Shown here: positions 24,120 through 38,057 of the stretch, one piece after another
How the letters are laid out: the number at the start of each line of letters is the position of its first letter
How positions within the stretch are numbered: the stretch's first letter is position 1
DNA from: Trichosphaerium sp. ATCC 40318
Taxonomy: Eukaryota; Protista; Tubulinea
Reading direction: 5' to 3'
Assembly (NCBI GenBank): GCA_038496445.1
Contig: JALMLS010000416.1
Coordinates: 62,001-126,000 of the forward strand
DNA length: 64,000 nucleotides
The notes under the pieces: generated by a model
Told to the model about the DNA's origin: nothing
The model's database searches: none
What the model saw: only the letters and a program-made list of their open reading frames with translations
Program-made: the position numbers and the translations under genes

Positions 24120-27100
24120 TTATTCGCGCTCTCCATCATCTGATTCATTTGTGTCTTGAGTTTGTATAAGTCCTTGTATCGATGTCATTCTTCCACGCTG
24201 AATTCTGTCTTCTTCTTTTTCAATCATGTGCTTTTTCTTCTCATCGCTTTTTGTGCTTTCTTCAGATTCTGAGTCTATATTTGGTATCTTAATATATGTA
24301 TCTTTTGATACAATACAGGATGCTATTAGTGGTACTATTATCTGTAAAATAATCATTGCAGCAATAGGTACAACTATTATTGTTGCAAATAAAAGACCAT
24401 ATGAAGGATAAGATATGAATGAGTTCAACATGAAAAGAGTTATTGAAGAAGCCAAAAGCGCAAGAAGTTCAGAGATGTACACATTGTAGAATTTGTATGG
24501 TACAACAAAGAATAGTATGAATGCGAATATTAGATCGTATATTGCTAGAATAAGGAACTGTGAACGGATGTTCCATAAGTATGTTGCCAGAATGACAAAT
24601 CCAATTCTATGAAAAAAATCAGGAAGAAACTCAAAAAGAAGTAAAAAGTTTTGAACTTACCTTTGCAAGAACTGAACAGCCTTGACTCGGTGACTCATCA
24701 AAGATCGTAGGTGTGTTAGTATAGATGCTCTTCTATCCTTTTCTATGTCGTATGATGCTAATTCTTCAAACAAAAATGCGTTTTGGTGAAGAAACTCCGA
24801 GTCTTCTGAATCTAAAGAAAGAAATAAGAAAACGAAAAGAGAAAAAGTTGACTTACATTCTTCTGTTTGAAAACAAAGAAACTTTTTATCTTTGTTTGAT
24901 TTCTTATCTACCATAGCTTTCACAGAGAAATTACACGAAGTTTCACCGCCACAGCACTCGAGCTTGAGTTTCTACACAAAAGTTAATAAAATTATGAATT
25001 TTTCTGACTTACTTTGACGTTCGTCCATCCAAGTCCTGGTGGAGAATGCTTTTCTTTAAATTCTCTTGACTTGGGTTCATAGTATATTATGTATAAACTG
25101 GCGAACGCAATCAAAATGAATAATCCAATACCGACACCGAATAAAATGACTGCAAGTGAAACTTTTGGAATAGGATATGTCACTATTGGTTTGGATGACG
25201 TCAAGTTATCTTTGTGTATTGAATCGGCATGTATGAACTGTAAGTCGATGAATATACGCAATAGCGATCCTAAAACAGGAACAAGGAAAATATTAAGAGC
25301 CAAGTCGAGGATAAACGTCCATCCGAGTTTCAGTTTAAATCCGCAACAATTAAATCCTAACTTGGCTTAAAACTTGAACTCAACTCACAAGTATCACGTG
25401 AGATAGTAATATAAAACGTGATCTTACCTTTAAGATTCGTTAGTTTCCATGTAAATAGCGAAATAATGGCTAACACAAAGGCTATTGCAAGCAATTTGGG
25501 AACAAAGTAAGCGCCAATTTGATAAATCTAATCAAACAATTACTAACACGTTTTGTCAAATCAAATTGAATTACTGTTTCAAAAGCTGTCCATTTAGATA
25601 TACCAGATCCTGTAGCTGCAGGGAATGACGAAAACATGACTGCATCGTAGGCAGGGTAAAGATCTATTTAAAAAAAAGTGTAAGTCAAGAGTTAAACGAA
25701 ACACCGTCAATGCAATTGGAAAGTGAAAACAGAAGTTACTACAACTATGACCAATAAACGTACCCGCCATAGATGTAGCTAAGAAGTAGTTGTTTCTTGT
25801 TGGTAGTAGTATACTTTGAAAGAAACTCAAAGCAAGCTAAACAAAGAAAAGTTATAAAACGCACGTGCAAGGAGATAAAAAAAAGGAAAAATGACGTACA
25901 AGAAGTTGAGATGATTGCCAGAAACTTTGACAACACGAAAAATGAGATCCTACTTGTGCTGAAGCTGTAGCAGCAATTAAAACTATTGAAGCTATATTTA
26001 TGCTGTTTTTTTCTGGTATTGTCAAGTTCAACAAGGCACATCTATCACCTAACCATGATGCATAACAAACGCAGTATCCCAGTGTAACATTACAATATCC
26101 GTTGATACACTCGTAAGGACATCCTGATTGATTCGTTGGAGGAACCGTTGTTGGTGTCACGTGTGATGGTGCTGATGGGTGCGCAGGTGCTGTCGTTGGT
26201 GTAGTGTGGGAGTGTGGAGGCAAAGCGGGCGGTGCAGGAGTTGGCGTTGATGGGGGAGAAGGAGTTGGGGTTGACGGTGTTGGCACTGATATAGGTACTG
26301 ATGGGATAGGATTTGATGATGGCGGCAGTGTTGTAGGAGGTGTGATGGATGATGGTAATGTAGGTGCGCTGGTTGGTGATGTTGTAGGCGAAGATGTTGG
26401 TGTTACTGTTGGAGCTTGTGTTGGCGATATTGTTGGAGCTTGTGTTGGTGATGATGTTGGAATGAATTCTGGACACATAGATGTAGCTCTTGTGCCTATC
26501 AGGCAATTTTCGTATGTTGATGCTTTACAACCTGGTACTTGAAAATCTCCAGTAACGTTAAAACACCAGCTACAATCCTTGTAGCCAACGCACTCCTTCA
26601 AAAAAAACATTAGAAAGAAAAGTCAAATGAGAAAAAACCAGAACTCTTGTACGGTACATCCAGACAACCTTCTCAAAGACATGTAAAGACTGTAGGTGGA
26701 TGGTACAACAAGGTTTTAAACGGTAAGGTATTTGTGGCATGTAGTAGAAGTAGAAAGTGTTGGCACCAATAGTCGGCGACCAAAAAAAAAAAACCTTGAA
26801 ATAAAAGTTACTTACCGTACATGTTGCTTTGGATTCACAAAAAGGTTCAGCATTAACCCCAGTAGATGTAAATATATAAGACATACCAGTTGACACTTGA
26901 TACTTTCCACCATTGAGGGAGGATATCTTAGTTTCGTAGCCTTAAACAAAAGGTAAATTACTTGTACAAAAAAGAAATAATTGAAGAACTTTCTTGGTTC
27001 TTTCTTACCTTGTGGTAGTAACTGGCTTGTGCTAAAGAGGTATAATTGTGGGTCGATTTTTAAAATCAAGCCGGCCGCGTTGTAGAAAAAGGTTGCTGCA

Positions 27101-27884
27101 GATGGCACCCAAGGAAGACCCAGTTGAACTACATTTGCCTTCCATGTTGTAGCGAAAGTGCTTTCGCTTCTGACTTGAAGTGTATCGGCAGTTACTATTC
27201 CAGCTACATAATGTAAGTATTTACCAATTTGTGGTAGTGTATAGAGGCCAAGAATTGATTAAGATAAGAGTCCAAACGGAAAAGAAAGAACCTTTCCAGA
27301 GTGGAAAGACAAAGTTTTTTTTGAAAAACTTTCTGATGAATTGATCGACATACAGCTTTGTAAATAGTTATTGGCTGTTAGCAGTAGACTCATCTCAAAG
27401 TACTTATTCGTTTGCACAGTGCTATACAATGATGTTTTTAGCTTAGGTGTTTGTGTAACACAAAAAAGGGAAAATTATCCAAAAAAGAGGAAATTATGAA
27501 ATAAATAATCTAAGAACGACTAAAATACGCACTTTGTGGCTGAATAACTACCATTTAAGTTACCGACATAAAGAAAAGTTGATGTTTGGTCTGTAATTGT
27601 AAAACTAGCTCTTCCAAGGTATCCAATGCATTTAGTGCCTGTTGCGATGACTGTATCATCTTGAAACGTTATTGGAGACAAAACACTGTTAAAACGTTAC
27701 TCATTTAAATCATCACGTGATAATACGCATATATTACTCTAATTATAACGACGTACGCGCGGTATAAGCCAAAACATTGTAATGTATCAGGTTGATTGTT
27801 GTATACTGTTACAACGCCCGAAGTAAACGTAGCGGATGAAGCAAGAGAAGTTATTAACAGTAATAGTAGACAACATCTCAGCAT
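24120..27884 (-). CDS. Cell-surface multi-pass membrane protein: signal peptide, PSI-like Cys domain, Pro/Thr mucin stalk, EGF domain, multiple TM helices
   Basis: Start MLRCCLLLLLITSLASS; C...CSWC...C; PTxxPT repeats about 26150-26460; CPYECINGYCNVTLGYCVCYASWLGDRC; several hydrophobic exons; stop at 24120. Confidence 0.65.
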
Positions 27885-28592
27885 TGTAGGTTAACCTTTG
27901 TTTGACTGTTTTGTGAAACACGCCGCTAGTAAAAAACAACCTCAAGCCAAGGGCACTCCTTAAGTGCCGAGTCACCATGCTGACGTGGCGTGGATTGTGT
28001 AGCCTAAAATATCATTGGATGTGTACCTTTGTTAAAAATAATCTAAAAATCCGAAAATATCATAACACATCTTCACACTCTAAACAAAAGTATCCTCTAG
28101 GTGGGGTAATGTAGTTATTTAAATAATTTAAGAATTTGTTTTCATTCAGATGCACTTCCTAAGGTAGCCGCTAATAGATTTGTAACTTTTTTTGTGGATT
28201 TTTTGTTGGTTTTATAGACCGACCATTGTGTGTCTACTTTTGTTAGCCACTACGAAAGATTTAAGGGAGGGGGTTGGTAATGCGTGCCGCTTCGGTTAGT
28301 CAAACCGAAACTAGCTTTGGAGAACTCTATCTGATATTTAGCAGATACTCATATCTTTATCTCCGCCCTCACAATAAGGGATATAGCTGGTATACCTGTG
28401 ATTAATTTTATAAGTTGGAGCCAGTTTGGCTGACTTGCTGACAAAACAAGCGTCCAACTCTGTAGTAGTAATACATTTCAGTTCATAATCAAATAAAAAA
28501 AAAGACAGGTGCCAAATGATCATATCTCGGGAGATATTGTTTTATTATTCTATCTGGCAACATTCTTGATAAACGGTTTTTCTAGATCGTTT

Positions 28593-30835
28593 TTATAGGA
28601 TTGTTAATAGGTTTTGCCAGTTATTACAGTAAGCCCAAGTATTGTAATCAAGAGTTTTCATTTCGAGAGGAACGTTGAACTCTAAAACCTCGTTTTCAGG
28701 AAAAAATGTCTTCCATGGGGTCCCTGGTACTCCTGAAACAGCCATAGACTTCCATAATCTATACAATCGATTATCAAATAAATGGTGTTACTCTTTAAAA
28801 GCTAGTAAAATCATACGCTGCCATTTTGTGTGAAATGTCGATGTCATCTTCAGTGAAAGTTCCATTGACAAAATAACTCCGTTGGAATATGTATGGTACT
28901 ATTACATTGTAAGTTTTAAGGTTACTAAATATATGAATCGATTATACTTACACTCGTAGGTGTGCGTAGCATTAAGGAAGGATGTTGGACCTTCGGGGAA
29001 CTTTGTGAAGTGATATCTAAAATATGAGTATGGCTGATATTTCCCAATAAACGGAGAAGCTAGTTGTACTCCACATGCAAGTTGAAAGTCTCCAAAAATC
29101 TTTGCAACACCTTGCCAATATCCTCTTGTCTCAGTATAAGGAGCATACCTGAAAAACCCAAGTGAGTAAATACGTAAAAGCAAACAGCACATACCATAAC
29201 TTAGCGAGCTCAATATATCTATCAGGCAAACCATCCAAAGATACAGCGACTAGCTGGTTATACGCTGCTTCATCAATACCTAACAGTAATCTTAGTACCA
29301 ATGACATAACATCAGAAAGAAGGAGCTCGAAACAGCTGTACCTTCGTCGGGTGTCCTTCCACTGCTATCAAATGTAAATATGTTTCCTTCGTATTCTTGA
29401 GTGCCTATTATCATAGGATACTTTCTGTATAACCCACTTTGGAACAAAGCCAGTGGTTGTGCGGGGATGGTTGTTCCACCGGCAGTAGGAATATAGGATA
29501 CCTGTTAATAGTCAACAAAACTGCATGTTAAAACAAAAATCATACTCCAGCTTTAAATGTTTCAGTGATAAGCGTTTCAGCTGGTATTTCCTTCAGGCAT
29601 CTTAAAAAATACTCAGTAAGTAAATAATGTAAAAATCACTGGTACTCTGTATTGGAGCAACCAAAGAGTTGCAATACTTTCTGGGTAATCTGCATACTAG
29701 TTTCTGTTGATGGAAATCTCCATGGACCAGGACTCTCCGCGATTAAAGCACTACAGAAAATAATGAGAATGTAGTTCAGAACAAATTGGAAGAACTACAA
29801 AGATCTTATGACGTAAGAATTACAACAAAGGAAACCTACTAGTAGTATGGATGATTATATTTTAAACGAAAGGAAGTATACTTACCGTATAGGAACATTT
29901 TGGATTGTTGGAGGTAGAATACTTTGTAGCAATACGCTCATACCACCTGCTGATTCACCAAATACCGTCAAGGTGCTAGGATCGCCACCAAAAGCATGTA
30001 TGTTTTCATAAACCCATTTAATAGCTAAAGCTTGATCTTGTAGTCCAGCATTTTCGTGTTGTTTGTTATCTTCGTTGTAATAAAACCCAAAGATATCAAC
30101 TCGATATCTACACGCAAAAAGAGTTAATTCACATATCACGTGATATACTTTCTATGGAATAACTTTTTTGTACGTACGACACGGTGACGATAATTGAATC
30201 TGTTTGAGCAGCAAGCTGTCCTCCAGGGTACGCATTCGTGCCTCCAAAAATAAAACCACCACCGAAAACTACAAACAATAAAATAAGACCGGCAACTTGC
30301 CTTTCACTTTTACGTACTGAATAGTAATACTGGCGTTTCCGACTGCATTGGCATTGGCGTAAATACGTTGAGGTATAAACAATCTTCAGAGGTCTCATCC
30401 GAACTAACCACAAAGGGACCTTGAACACAAACCGGCTTGTAACTTTCCAAAAAAAAACAGTTAGAAGAAAAGGTTTTTGATTTTTCATCTCGTACTCTTT
30501 CGCGTCAATGATTTCAGTCCAATCATCTACAGGATACGGAGCCTGAAATCGCTTTTCTCCGATAGGTGGAGCTGCGAATGGTATACCTAGTGAACATTAC
30601 GAAAAAGACGTATAAGTTCGAATATGAGCGTACCGTGGAAATAAGTAAATGGGAGCGCCTGAGTTGTATCTAAACAGTTTTAATATCTAGCATTAATGTA
30701 GATTAACGAACTGTAGTGTCCTTGAACAGGCCCATTATTTGTATGAACAACAGGTGGAGACGATCCAAAATAATTTAAACACGTGATTGTAATGATGAAG
30801 GTCGAAAAGAGGATAGTCACCAAGGTTTTTACCAT
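28593..30835 (-). CDS. Secreted type-B carboxylesterase/lipase (cholinesterase fold)
   Basis: Signal peptide; GIPFAAPP, EDCLYLNV, FGGGF, GLQDQ, FGGDP, GESAG nucleophile, ATHTYE catalytic His region. Confidence 0.92.
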
Positions 30836-31864
30836 GATCTGTTGTAGCGGATATATGTACCGTGATCTACAAACACATGCACCGGGAGGAAAGATACGCC
30901 GGGGGAAAAATATTTAAATAGACGCTAGCAATGTAGTTTCGACAACTAGCGCATGAATTCTACAAACGTAAAAAAAACACAATCAGTAAACGATCTGTTG
31001 GCGTTGCTAGATATCCAGGTCACAGTTCACAAATTAATGGGATCCTCAACCATATACAACGTATTTTCAACTTGTTACCATCACATTCATTTACTACTGG
31101 CTTTAAACAAGTTCTGGTAAAGTTTATCTAACGTCACTTAGGGTTTTTTTTGATCGAACGGAACATTGGTGTACGTGGTGGTATTCCCAAATAATAACCT
31201 GAAAGATTAACTCACTATTTACCACAGATAATAGAGCGGAATGAGCGGAAGTAGAATTAATGTTGGTAGCTTGTTACAGCGCACAACATTGCGTATCAAT
31301 TGGTTTTAAAAAAATATCTATTGCTGAAATTTGCGTCACAGTGACGCTTAGGAAAGTTGTACGATGAATACGTATTCCCTGGAGGTGTATCATAAACCCT
31401 CATACATATAACTTGAACCAAAATCACCGCTTGATTGCGTTGTTGCTGATGTTTGCAGAACTTTCAATTTTTTTTTTGACCATTGTGAATACTAATATTA
31501 CACAAGATGGCGTTAGATACACAACTTGCAGCTATGCTTAAGTAGTTGAATATTTCTTATATGACGACATTAATATCACCGAAAAAATTCAATGCCCTCT
31601 TGCTCTGCGCTTTGAAAGAAAGAGCTTCGGAATGTTTTTTCCCAAGTCTTACCAAAAAGTGATATCGTACATTATGTACTCTTTCTAAAATAAATAAAAA
31701 TATCATGCTAGAACGATACAAATAGATTTTAGACACTTATTGATGGGGTTTTATTAAATTGCAGTACTAACATAGTGTTGTTTTGGTGGACGAGTTTATA
31801 CGAAAGTCAACTGTTGTCATAGCGCTGCTCTCATGCACGAATTTAGCTTGTTGAATAAAGAGGA

Positions 31865-32903
31865 CTAAGGGTTAAAAATAGATAAACAATGTACACCAGA
31901 AAGAACTTTTTTGCCATCAATGATGCCGTTCATAAATTTAAGATGAACAGTGTGCACACCAGAAAGTGCCTTGATGCCCTCATCTGTAATCCTGTCACAA
32001 CATACAAGGTCAATAGAATGAACACCTGAAAGCATTTTAATACCTTCATCAGTAATGCCTTCACAACCACAAATACTAATCGTGTGAACATCACCAGCAA
32101 TTGCCCTAATACCCTCATCTGTAAACTTGCAACACATAAGGTCTAAAGTGTGGACACCTGAAATTGCTTTGAGAGCTTCATCTGTAATATTTTGACAATT
32201 ATTGAAATAAACAGTGTGAACTCCTGATAGTGCTCTGATTCCTTCATCCGTTACATGGTCACATTCCTTCAAGGTAATACTATGCACTCCAGCAAGCGCC
32301 TTGATACCCTCATCAGTTATAAGTTTGCACCCAGAAAGGTCTATGGTATGAACACCTGACAGCACTTTGAGACTTTCGTCTGTTATAAGTTCACACCATC
32401 CAAGGCATATAGTATGAACACCAGCAAGCGCTTTGATTCCTTCATCTGTAACACTGTCACAACAGCTAAGAGCAATTGTATGAACTCCTGCAAGTGCTTT
32501 GATATCCTCATCTGTAATGCGATCACTTTGAAGGGTAATAGTGTGAACACCAGCAAATTCTTTGACAATATCAGAGGAGAATCTAGCAATATTGATCTTT
32601 GTTTGCTTAAGAGTGCTGGCGTGTTTTAAGAGTGCCTTTGCTTGTGCGATGGTCGAAATAACAACACTTTCGTATCCGATAATGTCGTGAATGATTGATG
32701 CAAAATGATGACAAGATTGACAAGCCGCAAATCTTGATTTTGTTGTTTGCTTCAAAATTAGAGCTAATATCTCTGTAGGTAGTTCTAGAATGCCTGGTTG
32801 TCTCCTTTTTGATATTAGAACAACAAAATAGACAAACGAAACAGATAATTTTATTTTAGTGTATGTACCTTTGATTTACGGTTACTAGGCGTTTTTTTGA
32901 CAT
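31865..32903 (-). CDS. F-box + leucine-rich repeat protein (one 5' intron)
   Basis: MSKKRLVTVNQR|RQPGILELPTEILALILK F-box; about 8-9 copies of a 25-aa repeat EGIKALAGVHTIxLxxCxxITD. Confidence 0.85.
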
Positions 32904-33653
32904 TATTATAACTATGAGCACGCAGTGTTGAGGTGCTGTACGGTAAAAAGTTGAAGTAAATCAATCAACTTACCACTCATGACTTAAACCTGCTAAGGAT
33001 TGATCCTTAATTACTAAGCACAATTAATGAGCAAAAGGGTGGGGTGGTATTGGGAACGTCAACAAGGCATAACATTCTTGGATGAAATAACCGAGCTCGT
33101 TTAACTTTCTGAATACGAAAACAACAATTACAACCCTTGAAATGCTATGATCTGACCATGTGGTGCTTCTAATTTCTTACAGTTCCATCTTGTAGTTTAG
33201 ACTATAGTGAAACTACTATAAGTCACGTTACTTGGGCTGCAGCTCTCTCAGTATACGACTAACAGCGTTTATACCAGAGTTGTGACCAGCACCAGGTTTT
33301 TCCAAGCGATTGGACAAGTAGTTCTTCAACTTTAGGTTGCACTTTAAGAACAAAATACTTTTATTGAATTGTGAACGTGAAAGAATTTGTGTAATTGACT
33401 AAACAATCGTAGTATTTAACGAGTTAACAGTGCAATTCTCTCTTCAGTTAGTGATGCCAATGTCATTTCTGATCGTTTGCTAAAAACAAGGTAAGTGAGG
33501 AATCACAAGTGGATGGTTTTTCTTTGTAACCTTGATACACATGTAGCTATGAAACCTGGATAGAACGTAGGTAAACCAATGGTCAACGGAAATTGTACCA
33601 TATGGTGTTTGAGTGCCTATAAATCATGTAAGCCCAAAAAAAATAAACAATAA

Positions 33654-34252
33654 ATGATTGAAGAGAAGATAAGTTCATGTGACGATATCCGTGAAGAAGT
33701 TGTTGTCGGTGGTTGAACTTGCTTCTTACGTATCTGACTGGTCTGATACAATCAAGACATACCCCTTCGGTACTGGTGACATGAACCTCAGATTCGAAGC
33801 TAAAGCAACCAACCCAACCAACGTCGCTTGCGAAGGTGTCCCAGCCATTGACGATCTCGTCTTGACAAAATTCTCTGCTGGTGAAAGACTTTTGGTCACA
33901 GGTACACCTGCTCCTCTTGTTGAATTCCCAACATCTGTATGTCAACGTGTCATTGTCTCGCAAGGTGACTGCGATAAACCATGTGTATATTGCTGCGTTG
34001 TAGATCCGACTGATGTTGATATCGACATTGGACCTAATGAGCCAGCAACATGGTGGACAATGAGAGAATCTATTGAAGTACAATGGAGTGGTTTTACAAA
34101 GAAGTCCGTATTGGAGATTACTACACCATCAACACAAGCTATCCGCTTCTGCTGATGTAAGAATGCAACCTGGTAACGCTATAAGCGGTGTTTCATTCGT
34201 TAAGCCATTGTTATCCTTGGTTGTTATTGCTCTTATTGCTCTACTGTTCTAA
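33654..34252 (+). pseudogene. Intronless, twice-frameshifted fragment of a Cys-containing GPI-anchored surface protein
   Basis: Biased codon usage (TTC/AAC/GTC/GCT). Frame changes near 33711 and 34141 are needed to reach the GPI-type tail SASADVRMQPGNAISGVSFVKPLLSLVVIALIALLF*; no signal peptide found. Confidence 0.55.
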
Positions 34253-34986
34253 GTTACCAATGTTCTAGAATGTCAGTAAATATACTTATTGTTCACAAAC
34301 AAAACAGTCGCTACTTTGTTTTCTTCTCCATATTAACGAGAGTGAAGTGAAACGACTCTTTTAGGTTTAGCACGTGATGTAAAATTACAATCATGCACGC
34401 GCTTTGTGTTTGATAAAAACTTCTGTGGCAAAACTCATTCCTCTACTGTTTTTGTACTTGGTCAATATACTCTACAATATTGTATCTAGCTCCATTTGGT
34501 GTACACTTCTTCGCCTAAACAATCCTGGATTATCCAACCAAAGTCGGCGACTGTATGTAGCAAATGTTGGTTGAAATCGAGTAGGACAACGCGTAGGGCC
34601 TAGCACAGAAAGCTTCTACCCTCAAAATGCGCAAATAACGGTAAGTAGCGAATTGGCGCTATTTAACGCTATTGAGGCTCAAAAGTAAGAAGAAGCGTAC
34701 AATAGTACGTACGAAGCCAAATTAACAATTCAAAGTGGTTACTAGTAAGCAATTAATGTGAATAACGAAGAGTGACCAGCGCTGGCAAAGTTATCGTGAT
34801 ACACGGCTTTCCAATTAGAGATTACAACAATTGCGCCAAAAGATTTCAGTAGCCTGCTAACGTTCATCCACAGCGTTAAGTTATACTTCTGGTTCGTTTA
34901 TAATAGCGTTTGAAAGAGCAACAAGCAACCTGGTGGGCGGTTTCGGATGCAATCTATCCCACGAATTTCCACTAATTCACATGTAA

Positions 34987-35069
34987 GCATGGATGGCCGA
35001 GTGGTTAAGGCGATAGACTCAAGTTCTATTGGATGTATGTCCGCGTGGGTTCAAGTCCCACTTCATGCA
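34987..35069 (+). tRNA. tRNA-Leu(CAA)
   Basis: Acceptor GCATGGA/TTCATGC, D-arm GCCGAGTGGTTAAGGC, anticodon arm ATAGA-CTCAAGT-TCTAT, long variable arm, T-arm GTGGG-TTCAAGT-CCCAC, downstream TTTT. Confidence 0.95.
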
Positions 35070-35239
35070 GTACTTTTGCAATCTTTTACAAGGTTAAATT
35101 TTTTTGATAGGACGTGACGCCATGGCAGCATCTGCAACCGTTACAACTCAAGTAAAATTTTGTCTCAATATCCAACGTAAGTGTTGTTTAAATTGTTATT
35201 TTTTCTTGTTTTACAATGTATGGGCGTTGTTCGTGTGGT

Positions 35240-37946
35240 TTACTCGTCATCACTAACCACTTGTTCTCGCTTTTTAAAGTAACTTGTGTGCTTCGCGCCA
35301 AAGGAAACAATAGGTATTTTATCACCCACTGATGTTTCACGTGGTGGATTAGTCACAATAAGAATGGCTGGCATAGCTGTGTAAGCATCTCGCTAAAGTT
35401 CACATGTTAACCCAAAGGCGTATAATTGAGAAAATAAAGTAATTTTGATTTTACAGCGCGTACCTGTTCTTGGGTATCAAATGTTCCAACTTCAAAGTCT
35501 GTTGCCTTCGCAGAAATGTTACTTTTTTGACTACCAGAAACATTTGGTCGTACATTTTGTAGTTGTTTTGGGTGCGATTTAGCGTATTGTCGACCACGTA
35601 TATCACTACGACTTAGACGTATTGAATACATTGTGCCAATGTATACAGCTAAGATTAATATCTCTGCAACAAACAATTGAACCCATAGTGTCGAAGATAA
35701 AAAGAAAAGTACAACAACTTGTGCCTACATCACCACGTGGTTAGTTTTAATTAAAAATAATGCAAATTATAGAATTAGTTAAAAACAAGTTGGGCTTATT
35801 AGACTAATCACAGTAGCGCTTAGTTTTAGTTTGTTTTTTGTTGGAGTTTTTCTGGTTTTTTTCGTACCAAAACAAAGACAAGGACGTAAGTTGTCATGAA
35901 GGTACGTATACTCCGGAAAATAATATACTTATAGTACACTATAGAGTCATAATAACTATCATCAAATGTACTATCAATTAGCTCAGCCTAAAGGAATAAA
36001 ATAAGCAAGAAGAAAAACAAATTCGCAGTTGTTGAATTAAATTCGAAAACGTGATTGTATAGTTGCATATTAATGTACCTGATCATTCAGCTTTTGCATA
36101 TTGTAGCTCATGCTCGAAAAAATGTACTTTAAGTTAACAGTGTACATGACAAACAAAGGTATCTAGAAAAAAAGAAATTAATAAAAAAATCAGAAAGATG
36201 ACAACTCTGATCATAACGTGACGTCATGTAGCTTTGGTTTATGAAGAAAACTAATGCTAATCTTTTTAAAAACTTACTATCCACAGTCCTTTCCAAAAAT
36301 AGTTCATACACACAGAGACAGAGAGAGCACCACCACAGACTAATAGTCAATTTAACAAAAAAATCAATAAAAAATGTGAGAAAAATAAACGTGGTATGTA
36401 ATTGCTTTCTCATCACAAATAACATACAATCTACAATAGTGTAACAACTATCTACTGCATTACAAAAATTGCAACAACAACAAAATAGTTTGGAGCAAAG
36501 GCTATCCAAGAATTGCCCAATACAAACTTTGGTTAGAAAAGACTTACGCAGTATAGAAGAGATCTCTGACCATGTCAAGCTGAACCGTGATATACCCCAA
36601 CCCTTGGCCGTTACACCCATAACCACATAAAAAGAGCCTTCAAGAAAACTTTGACACAGTGCATTTGTCTAAAACAAGTCATAAGACAACGCGTCAAAAA
36701 AGTAAACAAAATTACCCAATTCATGAAATCATTCACTTCTCCTGCCTTTTGCAACGTTTGCCAGTATATTAAAAAATACACAGTAAGAATACACTATACT
36801 AAAAGTAAGAAGGAACCAAAAGAAGCAGAAAAGAAACAATCTGTTGAAGGTGAACGGTATATTCAAAAAAAAAAACCAATGTGATGTTGTGCGATAATGC
36901 TATTTTTAGTGCTAACGCTATTAATGTCTAGTTTATCACGTGCCTTCACAAAAGCATATGAAACGATTAAAAGATGTAAATGATGTGTTCCTTGTCTAAA
37001 CATGACCAAATGAATGCCAAAGATGATAATACAAATCAACCATGCGAAAACAAGCGCCAAGTACACCATAGGAAGCATATATGTTCCTAATCAATATTAA
37101 AACATATACACTCAATATAAATCACCACATTCGCCAAATTTAAAGCGCAGTGGGTTGACTGGACGGTCGAAGATTGAAGAAAAAAAATCGACACAAGTTT
37201 GGTTTTTTTTACCTGTTGACAAATGTTCGCCTCCTGGGTTCATAAGTGTCCCTTTTACATTGATATCAACCCCCCATTGTTGACAATTAGCGAACTATAA
37301 TATACAAGGTAAGTAAGAGCGTTGTAGTAGCTCAAAAAACCCGAATTGAGTTGAAATGCGTTAGGTGTCAAAATTAACAACGCTTACTTGTAGAAGCGTA
37401 AAAAATGCGTTAAAAAGCATTTCAACGTGTATATACGCATTGAGAAGCATTTTTGTGGTCGTACCAATACAACATAAGTGTACGTATTTGTAATTTTTTG
37501 TGAGAACGTGTAACGGCCTGCTGAGAGACTCTCGGATAGTGTGCAGCCCATGAATTGATCAATACCTTTACACATAGCAGCGTCGGATTCTTTTCCCGAA
37601 ACAATCTAAAAACTGTTTGAACCTCTTTGTGGGTAGTTAACGCAACGTACTCTATTGTATCGCCGTGTATTACACATAAAAACATAAACTGATGTTTCAT
37701 TTGTACGCTTAATACTTAATTTAACACCGGGGGTTATGTGTACATACGTACGTGGCGAGGAAAATCATAATCAATTGTTAAATTTATTTTTCCGTCCTTT
37801 TTGAACCCATAACGCTCTATTTCATAAAACGCTTGCGTTCCTTTGAAGTGTTTATCAATTTTTATACCATTCGTTGATTTAACAGTTAGTATACATATAA
37901 ATAGTAATATAATTCCCCAAGGGGCGCCAGCTGTCGTTGGGAGCAT
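35240..37946 (-). CDS. Lung 7-TM receptor family (GPR107/GPR108/TMEM87-like) protein
   Basis: Signal peptide; IERYGFKKDGKINL luminal motif; HHLHLLI...FVK; AKGWGISRFSL; multiple TM exons. Confidence 0.75.
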
Positions 37947-38057
37947 TTCTATTCGTTTATAAGCGAATAACGGATCGCCAAATTAAGGCAACTTTGTTTT
38001 TGTTCCGACTTAGACTGTACGCTTGTACTACCCGCCAAAAAGTAATTGAACTCTGAA
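37947..38057. promoter_or_regulatory. Compact 111-bp divergent (bidirectional) promoter region
   Basis: Head-to-head ATGs at 37946 (-) and 38058 (+). Confidence 0.6.

Noticed and set aside
26090-26542. Alternative-frame and antisense ORFs (Gly/Val-rich 112 aa; 138 aa)
   Set aside because: By-products of the Pro/Thr mucin-like repeat exon
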